Source: an uncultured Gemmataceae bacterium (GTDB lineage Bacteria > Planctomycetota > Planctomycetia > Gemmatales > Gemmataceae). From it: DNA of 64,000 nucleotides. Shown in pieces: positions 39,763 through 47,711 of the stretch; the first letter of the stretch is position 1, and every line of letters starts with the position of its first letter. The position numbers and the translations under genes are program-made. The DNA is taken from positions 896,001 to 960,000 of the forward strand of contig CAVVPN010000012.1 in NCBI GenBank assembly GCA_963750165.1, written 5' to 3'. The notes under the pieces are model-generated. The model ran no database searches. It worked only from the letters and a program-made list of their open reading frames with translations, and was not told where the DNA came from.

Positions 39763-40110
39763 TCATGGGAGGTTCTCCTGTACATCTTTCGTTGGGCCGT
39801 GCGCTACCTGGCGGTCTTTCTCCACAGAGTAATCATCCTCGCTGTAGAAAATAAATGCGCCTCTCCCTCCCTCAAGCGGCTTGAGGTCCTCTCCGCCAGT
39901 GAAGCAGAACACGTGGGTTACCTTATCTGCACATCCGCGAACGAAAAGTCATTTGGCCAGATTCTTGGTCCCTGGCGGGAGGCTCGTGAAGTAGGCAGCC
40001 TTCGGGTGATCGCACGGGGGCTTCGACGCTTTGAAGAGCCACACCTTCTGGGAACCGATGGCCTTGTGGCCCTTGTCGTTCGTGTAGTGAAACACAACCT
40101 TCTCTTTCAT
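39763..40110 (-). pseudogene. Tox-ART-HYD1-like ADP-ribosyltransferase toxin with an in-frame stop at codon 54
   Basis: MKEKVVFHYTNDKGHKAIGSQKVWLFKASKPPCDHPKAAYFTSLPPGTKNLAK*LFVRGCADKVTHVFCFTGGEDLKPLEGGRGAFIFYSEDDYSV...; HYT and YFT motifs; absent from the ORF track. Confidence 0.75.
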
Positions 40111-40146
40111 CTTACAGCATCGCTATTGCGTTTGCCGTACCTCAGT

Positions 40147-41115
40147 TCACGGTCGAGCGACTGCTTGGAGCCCGCTGCCCTGCCACCAGCGCCACGCCAG
40201 CGGCACCACACCCAGGCTCAGGTACAGCGTTAGCGTCCATACGCCCGACAGCGCCTCAATGCGCTTGCCGCGCCCGGCGTCCAGGCGCCGCAGATACTGC
40301 GCCGCCGTCAGCGCCGCCAGCGTCAGGCAACCGCCCAGCAGCACCGCCACCGGCAACACGAACCCGATCTGCCACGCTGCCAGCAGTGCCAGCGTCGCCG
40401 TCAGCGACAGCGCCCCCAGCCAGACGCCGACGGCCCCGCGCGGCCCCCACAGCACGCTGTAAGTGTTGACGCCGGCCTCCTCGTCCGCCGGGCTGCGGAC
40501 CTTGCGGCCGACCTCGATGACGACGCCGTTGCAGTAGCTGACCGCGACGAACCACTCCAGGCCGTGCGGCGGCGTCCCCTGGGCCGGCAGCCAGTCGCAG
40601 GCCGTGGCGTAGAAATCGACCAGCGGCATGATCATCATGTGCGACAGCAGGTAAATCACCGGCCGCGCCCGCAGCCAGTCCGCCGCGAAAAACTCCTTGC
40701 TCATCAGCGTGAAGTACGCCCACGTCAGCGCCAGCAGCAGCGCCAGCGCCGGCGACAGCCACAGCGCCAGGCCGAGCTGCACACCGCCCGCCAGCACGCC
40801 GAGCACGCCCAGCTCGCGCAGCCGGATGAGGCCGCGCGGCACCGGACGGTAGGGCCGATAGCGGGCGTCCTCCTCGAAATCCTTGAACTCGTCGGCGATG
40901 CGCAGTTGCAGGAAGAACAGGAACGACGTGGCGAACGCCACCAGCGCACCGGCGACCTCGACCGACGTGCGGCTGCGCAGCAGTGCTGAGTAGCTGACCG
41001 CAGACAGGCTGAACGCGACGATCAGCAGGCCGTGCGCCACAACCGGAAAGCGCTCGCGCTGATAGGTCCACCAGCGTGAAAGAAACGGCGTATCAGCGAG
41101 GGCGGGTTCACTCAT
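40147..41115 (-). CDS. UbiA prenyltransferase-family membrane protein
   Basis: YQRERFP, LRIADEFKDFEEDARYRPYRPVPRG, many TM helices; overlaps the end of the HMG-CoA reductase gene. Confidence 0.85.
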   Translation of the reverse strand: MSEPALADTPFLSRWWTYQRERFPVVAHGLLIVAFSLSAVSYSALLRSRTSVEVAGALVAFATSFLFFLQLRIADEFKDFEEDARYRPYRPVPRGLIRLRELGVLGVLAGGVQLGLALWLSPALALLLALTWAYFTLMSKEFFAADWLRARPVIYLLSHMMIMPLVDFYATACDWLPAQGTPPHGLEWFVAVSYCNGVVIEVGRKVRSPADEEAGVNTYSVLWGPRGAVGVWLGALSLTATLALLAAWQIGFVLPVAVLLGGCLTLAALTAAQYLRRLDAGRGKRIEALSGVWTLTLYLSLGVVPLAWRWWQGSGLQAVARP

Positions 41116-42400
41116 GGGCGGCCGCCTTCTCCGCCAGCTTGCCGCGCGCGAGCAGGCGGTGCGCCCGGCTGAAGTCGCCGGAGCACAGCGCCCCAATGAT
41201 CGACAGTTCGCCCGCCAGGCACAGCGCCGCCGTCACCTCCGCGAGCGCCTGCGCCTTGCCGGGGCCGGCCAGCCCCAGCACCTCCAGGCACGCCCGCTGC
41301 GTCGGCAGACCGGTGCCGCCGCCGACCGTGCCGACCATGATGTTCGGCAGCGTCACACTGGCGTACAGGTCGCCGCCCTGCACCTCGAAGCGCGTCACGC
41401 CCACCGCCGACTCCGCCACGCACGCCACGTCCTGCCCCGTCGCCAGATACAGGGCGGCCAGGCCGTTGGCGTAGTGGCCATGCACGCCCACCGTGCCGCT
41501 CAGCACACCGCCCAGCGCCGACATCCGCCAGTAGTTGACCATGTGCTCCGGTGTCGTGTGCAGCCTTTTCTCCACCAGCGCCGCCGACAGCAGCGCTTCC
41601 GCCGACACTTTTTTGCCACGCACCAGCAGGAACGACTGAGCGCTGGCCTTCTTGTCGCCGGACAGGTTCGCCTCCACGAACGAATATTGCGGCGCCACCG
41701 GGCTGGCCTCGCGGATGTAGTCGCAGACGGCCTCGGTCGCCAGCGTCACCATGTTCTGGCCGGAGGCGTCGCCGGTCGTGAAGTCGAAGCTCAGATAGAC
41801 GTGGTTGCCCTCGATGGTGATGCGCAGGTCCACCAGCTTGCCGTGCCGCGTGGTCGCCTCGGCGCGGCGGCGGAACTCGTCCATCTGCGTGGTCACCCAG
41901 GCCAGGAACAGGCCCGTCTCCTGGAAGTTGCGGAAGGCGAAGCCGGGGGCGCGGCTGACGCCCTCGTTGAGCACGACCGCACTGCAACCGCCCGCCTCGC
42001 TCAGCAGTTGGCTGCCGCGGCTGTACGACGCCACCAGGGCCGCCTCGGTGGTCGCCAGCGGCACGTAGTAGTCACCCTGGGCGTGCAGACCGTTGACGCG
42101 CAGCGGCCCGGCCAGGCCGATCGGCAACCGGACCACGCCAATGAAGTTCTCAACGTTGTGTTTGTAGCACTCGCGCTGCTCCAGCGTCAGCGCGTCCAGC
42201 AGAGTGGGCCGGGCGTCCGCGGCGACGGACAGCAGCGCCCAGCGGCGTTCGAGGGCCTCGGCGGACAGGTCGGCGCCGCCGGGGATTTTCGGAGCGGGGT
42301 TGTCGGTGCGCGGCGCGAGGCGGCGCACCAGGTCTTCCTGCGTGCGGCCCTGGAGCAGACGCTCCAGGTAGCCGCTGGCGTGGCGGTGGTCGGCGGACAT
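41108..42400 (-). CDS. hydroxymethylglutaryl-CoA reductase (class I-like)
   Basis: ENFIG, PLATTEAALVAS, TGDASGQNMV, NLSGDKK, ATGQDVA, GTVGGGT, LAGELS, C-terminal His. Confidence 0.92.
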   Translation of the reverse strand: MSADHRHASGYLERLLQGRTQEDLVRRLAPRTDNPAPKIPGGADLSAEALERRWALLSVAADARPTLLDALTLEQRECYKHNVENFIGVVRLPIGLAGPLRVNGLHAQGDYYVPLATTEAALVASYSRGSQLLSEAGGCSAVVLNEGVSRAPGFAFRNFQETGLFLAWVTTQMDEFRRRAEATTRHGKLVDLRITIEGNHVYLSFDFTTGDASGQNMVTLATEAVCDYIREASPVAPQYSFVEANLSGDKKASAQSFLLVRGKKVSAEALLSAALVEKRLHTTPEHMVNYWRMSALGGVLSGTVGVHGHYANGLAALYLATGQDVACVAESAVGVTRFEVQGGDLYASVTLPNIMVGTVGGGTGLPTQRACLEVLGLAGPGKAQALAEVTAALCLAGELSIIGALCSGDFSRAHRLLARGKLAEKAAAHE

Positions 42401-42571
42401 GGGCTTCTCCTTGGGGAGTGGATGTTTGCGCTCCAGGATACCCGGACGGCTGCTGCCGTGGCAACGGCTCCCAGGCGTGCTGAGACCCGATCACGGCTAC
42501 GCGCCGTCGTTCGCCCTTCTGCTCGAGGTAGTTGCCAGGTATAATCGGGCGCGATTTTGGAGGGCCATCGG

Positions 42572-43439
42572 ATGAGCAATGAGCGCGAAGTGCTGCGCGA
42601 CTGGCACCGGCTGTTCGGCCTGCTGCTGACCGACTTCTTCAGCGGCTCGCCCTTTGCGGGCGAACTCGAGCGCGACCTTTCGGTTCAGCAACAATTGCTC
42701 GATGTGCTGATCGTGCGTCGCGGCCGCGGGCGCTTCGCCGGCCGGCTGCCTGATGGCCTCGAAAATCTGCGACCGCATAACCTCGTCACCTTCAAGTCAC
42801 ACCACGAGGCGCTGACGCCGTGGGCCATGAAGGAGTTGACCGGCCTGGACGTGGCCTACCGCAAGTACGTCAACCCCTCGCCGTCCGACCTGCTCCCCGA
42901 CGATCACTTCGGGCTCTACGCGGTGGCGGCACGCTTCCCGCAGAACCTGGCGGCGCAAGTCCCCTGGCAGCAGCGGCAGCCGGGGGGTGTACGATTGTCG
43001 GTGGGGAACGGATACGATCCGCGTGGTGGTGCCGGGCGAATTGCCGCGCGAGCCGCACAACGCGCCGCTGCACCTGTTCAGCGCCGCGCCGGAGTTGGTG
43101 GCGTTCGGCAGTGGTGCCTACCGGCAGCGTTCAAAGAACACAAGCGCGCTACTCAAGCAGTTGTTCGAGCGGTTTCAGGGGGAGGGCTTGACCATGACCT
43201 ACACGATGCAGGACTTCCAGCGCCTGTACGCCAAGGATCACTTTCACGAGTTGACGCCCGAGGAACAAGCGGAGGTGCTCCAAGCGCTGCCGCCGGAGAA
43301 ACAGCAGGAGGTGTTGCAGGCGTTCCCGCTGGAGCGGCGCCTGGCTGGATTATCCCCGGAGCAGATTCGGCAGTACCTGGACCGACTCACCACCGGGAAG
43401 CCTGCCGCGCCGCGCAAGCCGCGCCGCAGGAAGTCCTGA
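42572..43439 (+). CDS. hypothetical protein, possibly PD-(D/E)xK/Rpn-like (frameshift in G-run at ~42985)
   Basis: WHRLFGLLL...ERDLS.QQQLLDVLIV...HNLVTFKSHHE continues as GVYDCRWG...HNAPLHLFSA...ERRLAGLSPE. Confidence 0.65.
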
Positions 43440-43562
43440 TCAGTGCGTCATGTGGGTCAGCAAGGTATACAGCCAGACGAGCCCGCACAGGAAGGCGGGC
43501 GCCACCACAAACACCACCGGACAGTCGCGGTCGGTCGTCGGATTGGTCGGCAGGTTGTCCAT
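43440..43562 (-). CDS. putative 40-aa membrane peptide
   Basis: GAGGA RBS then MDNLPTNPTTDRDCPVVFVVAPAFLCGLVWLYTLLTHMTH*. Confidence 0.45.
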   Translation of the reverse strand: MDNLPTNPTTDRDCPVVFVVAPAFLCGLVWLYTLLTHMTH

Positions 43563-43674
43563 CGCGGAATCCTCGTGCAACGGGCGGGAGCTAGATGAAG
43601 GCAACGCCGCGCAGGCTGTCGCAGCCGTCGCTCCCCAACTCTAGGTCACGTTTCGGGTCAGTGACGGGCAGCGC

Positions 43675-43706
43675 AAAAAAAGGCCCCGGCGGGCTGACCG
43701 GGGCCT
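43675..43706 (-). terminator. intrinsic terminator
   Basis: minus strand AGGCCCCGG-loop-CCGGGGCC followed by a T-tract, ~40 nt after the 43746 stop. Confidence 0.75.
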
Positions 43707-43745
43707 GGGCAGGGCAGGGCGTCACCGAGCGACGGTTGGTTTGCC

Positions 43746-44723
43746 TTACTTGATGCCGGAAGCCTTTTTCAGGTTGAGCCGGCTCGGGAACGGATCGACC
43801 ATTTCCACCGGGCGCGTCGTGATGCGCTCACCGAGGATGCCCTCGAAGACCGCACCGTACACCTTCTCGATCTTGACCATGCAGTGGGCGGCCATCAGGT
43901 GATGGACGCGGCCCTGGTTGCCGAGCCGCCAACCCTTGCCGACGCGGTCTCGCACAATAGCGGTGGGGATCGCGCCCTTGGCCATCTTCGCTTGCAGGTG
44001 GAGCAGTTTCACGTCGGGGCCGTCGATGGGCGGCGGCGGCAGTTTCGGGGCCAGCGGTTGGCCGGTCGGGTCGCGGTAGGTCAGGGGGCTTTTGGGATCC
44101 TGCTCGTCGGGCGGGTCGAAGGTCACCGGCTGCACGACCAGGCCGTATTCGGTGCGCAACTTCTCGGCGTGGGCTTTCCGCAGAATCGCCTTGAAGGTGC
44201 CGCCGTCGCCCTTGCATTCCTTGATGGCCTTCTCGGTGGTCGCAACCACCCATTTGGCCTCGCGCAGCATCGTGGCGGCGTCCACCGGCCCGGCAATACA
44301 GTGCAGCACGCGGCCGTCGGGAGCGCAGAAGTACGCGGCAACGTTGCCGCCCTGCTTCTGCTTGCCGACGATGCGGAAGGTGCCGACGCGCTGGAACGAC
44401 GACACGAAATACTCGTTCAGATACTTCCCGACTTGCGGATTGGCCAGAGCGTTCACACGGAGCGCTTCCGCGTTGTTTCAGGTGAAGTCGGGGTCTTCAA
44501 AATCGCCCGAGACGTGGAGGACAAGCACGAGCTTCTCCTCCTTGAGGGCCTGTCGGGCGGCCTCGCTCGGGGTCTTGAGGAACTTGACGGACGTGCCGAA
44601 GTCGCCGGTGCAGACGCCGCCATCGCCCTGCAACGGGTTCTTGACCGTTTTGCCGCCCTGGGCGTGGCCGACACCCGCGCCGAGCAGCAGGGCCGCCACG
44701 ACACCCACAAGGATTCGACGCAC
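43746..44723 (-). CDS. secreted thioredoxin-fold protein with an in-frame TGA (candidate SelN-like selenoprotein)
   Basis: ORFs 44478-44723 and 43746-44456 share a frame and are joined by TGA-AAC-AAC-GCG-GAA-GCG-CTC-CGT: KLVLVLHVSGDFEDPDFT-U-NNAEALRVNALANPQVGKYLNEYFVS. Confidence 0.75.
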
Positions 44724-44860
44724 TGCATCCCTCCTTTCGCCTGCTCTTCCCCATCAGGGGCTGCGAAACCCACGAGTCGCGCTCGCGGGTCTTCACCCAT
44801 TATGACGACTCAGGCGGGACGAAGTTTGTAACAATCGTGTCACGAGACAGCGGCAGCCTC

Positions 44861-45041
44861 GTTCCCGATTTCATCTCACGAGGGTGATATGAAATAACTC
44901 ATTGGGCACAAAGCAGTTGCCGTTTCGTCTCACGTTTCTCTCACACCCCTATTGGCCAAACGACGCCCGTCCGGGTTCGGTTGTGCCTGCCGGCGCACGG
45001 CGTTGCCAGTGCGAAGTGCCCGCCTGGGCACAGCCGCGCCG
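44861..45041 (-). repeat. dispersed ~180-bp intergenic element, copy 2
   Basis: reverse complement aligns with 32867-33049. Confidence 0.8.
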
Positions 45042-45280
45042 CTGGGTGCCTGCATGGTTTACGTGCAGCGCGTGCTTTACCACCTTGCAGGCCCGGCAAG
45101 CGTCTGGCCTGTTTCGCTCCATGCCAAACGACGTTATTGTTTGCTGTTGATGCACTTATGTTGACGAGATTCGCTCAATCAGGGCGCGGTATGGGAATTG
45201 CTGCACCCCTCCCCAACGTGACCGTTCACTCTCCGGTTGTCCAGTCTGACGACCAACAGCGTCACGTGGAGGTTACGCAC

Positions 45281-47076
45281 TTGAAACCGTTATGCTGGGC
45301 GTTGGCGGCCCTGGTCTGTCTATCCATTTGTGGTGATTTTGCACGGGCGGACGAACCCAAGGAACCACCGGTTACGAAAAGCCAGGTTGATGATGCCGCC
45401 GCGCACGGCGACATCGCCTGGATGCTGATCTCAACTGGCCTGGTGCTGTTCATGGTGCCCGGCCTGGCGCTGTTTTATGGCGGCATGGTGCGGCAAAAGA
45501 ATCTGCTCGGCACCATGATGCAGAGCATGGTGGCGCTGGGGTTGGTCGGCATTCACTGGGTGCTCATCGGCTACTGCCTGGCGTTCGGCCACACGCAGGG
45601 CGGTTGGATCGGTTGGTCTGGCGACTTCCTGGGGTTGCAGGGCATTCTGGAGTTGAACGAGAAGGGTGAATGGGTCCACAAAACATATCCCGGCACCTCG
45701 CTCCCGATTCTGCTGCACTGCATGTATCAGGGCATGTTCGCGATCATCACGCCGGCACTGATTAGCGGGGCGCTGGCGGAACGTATCCGGTTTGGGCCGT
45801 ACTGCCTGTTCATGCTGTTGTGGGCAACGCTGGTGTACGCGCCGCTGGCCCACTGGGTATGGGCGGTCAGGCCGCTGGCCGACAACAAGACGGAACCGGC
45901 GGGCTGGCTTGGGGCGCTGGGGGCGCTGGACTTCGCGGGCGGCACGGTGGTCCACATTGCCGCCGGCTTCTCGGCCCTGGCGGCGATCCTGGTGCTGCGC
46001 AGCGCCTGGGCTACCCGGAGCACGTCAGCCATCCGAACAGCATGGTGTTGACGCTGCTGGGCGCCGGCCTGTTGTGGTTCGGCTGGTTCGGCTTCAACGG
46101 CGGCAGTGCCCTGGCGAGCAATGGCCTGGCGGTCTCGGCGTTGGCGGCGTCGCAGGTGGCGGCGGCCGCGGCGGCCGTGTCGTGGATGGTGACCGAATGG
46201 TGGCACCGCGGCAAGCCGACCGCCCTGGGCTTTGCGTCCGGGCTGGTGGCCGGCCTGGTGGCGGTGACGCCGTCGTCCGGCTACGTGCTGCCCGGGCAGG
46301 CGCTGCTGATTGGCCTGATCGCCGGCGTCGTGTGCTACGGCATGGTGTGTCTGAAGCCGGTCCTCAAGTACGACGACTCGCTGGACGCCTTCGGCGTTCA
46401 CGGCGTCGGCGGGTTCCTGGGGGCGGTGCTGACGGGCGTGTTTGTCTCGACGGCGGTGCAGCAGGCGGGCGCCGGCACGGACCCGAAGGACGTGGGCGTT
46501 GTGCTCAAACACGGTCTGGCGGCCCAGGTGGGGGTGCAGTTGCTGGCCGCGCTGGTGGCGGCGGCCTTTTCCTTCGTGGCGTCGCTGGTACTGGTCAAGG
46601 TGGTTGACGTGCTGTGCGGCGGCTTCTGCCTGGACGCCCGTGCCGAGAATGAGGGCCTGGATCGCGTGGCCCACGGCGAGGTGGCTTTCGACCTGGGGCC
46701 GGCACTCGATGTGCCGGTGGACCACACGCCGCACCACGAACCGCGGCCCGCGCTGGTGCCGCCCAACGGCCAGAAGCGTTTCACGGTCGTCGTGGACGGC
46801 GTGCCCACCGAGCAACTGATCAACATCTGGTCGCAGTTGTGCCAGACGGGCGCGGCGCCGCCGAGCACGGAGTTTCTGACGGTGTATCCGTTCGTGACCA
46901 CGGTTCAGGGCAATCGCTTCCGCTTCCGCGGCGGCGATCCCACGGTGATGAAGGAGAGTTTGCAGCGGTTGTTTCAGCAACACTTCCACGGCTCGCTTCA
47001 GACCTATCTTGAAAGCGGCCCCGGCAACGGCCGTGTCCGGGCGGACGCCCTTGTGTCCGCCGGCACACCGGGCTAG
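45281..47076 (+). CDS. amtB: ammonium transporter with signal peptide and C-terminal extension (frameshift at ~46001)
   Basis: AWMLISTGLVLFMVPGLALFYGG, YQGMFAIITPALISGALAER, DFAGGTVVH, LWFGWFGFNGGS, DDSLDAFGVHG; +1 A restores LRKRLGYPE. Confidence 0.93.
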
Positions 47077-47193
47077 GAGCGCGACTTCCTGCGGTCGTCC
47101 AGCGGACGGCCCGCACCTGCCTTTGATTGCCAGTCCACGCGGGGCACGGAACGGAGCCGTACCGTGCCCCGCTTACTTTTCCTACACTGATTC

Positions 47194-47251
47194 CGTGGGG
47201 CAGACATTCCAGTCTGCCGGTCCCTCGGCAGGCTGGAATGTCTGCCCCACG
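47194..47251. repeat. REP-like palindrome
   Basis: CGTGGGGCAGACATTCCAGTCTGCCG...CGGCAGGCTGGAATGTCTGCCCCACG. Confidence 0.85.
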
Positions 47252-47270
47252 AAGAAGAGGAACTCTCCCG

Positions 47271-47624
47271 ATGAAAATGGTGGTTGCGATCATCCGCCCC
47301 GAGCAGTTGGAGGCGGTGCAGGCGGCGCTGAATGAACATGACGTATATCTGATGACGGTCAGTGACGTGCGCGGCTGCGGCCGGCAGCGCGGCTACACGG
47401 AGGTATACCGCGGCACCGAATTTCAGGTGCGGTTGCTGCCGAAGGTGAAGCTGGAGATCGCGGTGAACGAGGCGTTTGTAGAGGCGGCCGTGGAGGCCAT
47501 TGTCCACGCGGCGCGCATGGGCGAGACGGGCCAGATCGGCGACGGCAAGATTTTCGTGCTGCCGCTGGACGATTGTGTCCGCATCCGCACCGGCGAACGC
47601 GGCCCGCAGGCGATTGGACCGTAA
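47271..47624 (+). CDS. glnK: nitrogen regulatory protein P-II
   Basis: MKMVVAIIRP, GCGRQRG.TEVYRG, LLPKVKLEI, TGQIGDGKIFV; adjacent to amtB. Confidence 0.93.
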   Translation: MKMVVAIIRPEQLEAVQAALNEHDVYLMTVSDVRGCGRQRGYTEVYRGTEFQVRLLPKVKLEIAVNEAFVEAAVEAIVHAARMGETGQIGDGKIFVLPLDDCVRIRTGERGPQAIGP

Positions 47625-47626
47625 AC

Positions 47627-47711
47627 AAATTCACCACAAAGACACAAAGGAAGACAGGAGATTTGTTAAATTGAATTCTCCTGTCTTTCTTTGTGTCTTT
47701 GTGGTGAATTT
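47627..47711. repeat. long inverted repeat between convergent genes (likely bidirectional terminator or repeat)
   Basis: AAATTCACCACAAAGACACAAAG...CTTTGTGTCTTTGTGGTGAATTT. Confidence 0.85.

Larger units (their letters stand above)
38135..39766 (-). pseudogene. putative immunity/antitoxin gene interrupted by IS3
   Basis: removing the IS and one GCC restores MIGGTDVVIPAVGDTAELDACARLVRRYWPQARFEDAITGDKYQRIGDIPLGRVRELLAYPD...NSMLYLILSDHFVTVVVDD...EAA*. Confidence 0.85.

Noticed and set aside
39949..39951. TGA in the toxin gene as a selenocysteine codon
   Set aside because: The context (LAK*LFV) is not a redox motif, CGA to TGA explains it simply, and the partner gene is also disrupted
39607..40233. 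Plus-strand 208-aa ORF
   Set aside because: It runs across the IS end and is antisense to the better-supported toxin and immunity genes
45995..46010. Programmed frameshifting in amtB (also cheA and the MCP)
   Set aside because: No slippery heptamer at these sites, and the window-wide indel pattern favours sequencing error; only the IS3 A7G site fits programmed frameshifting
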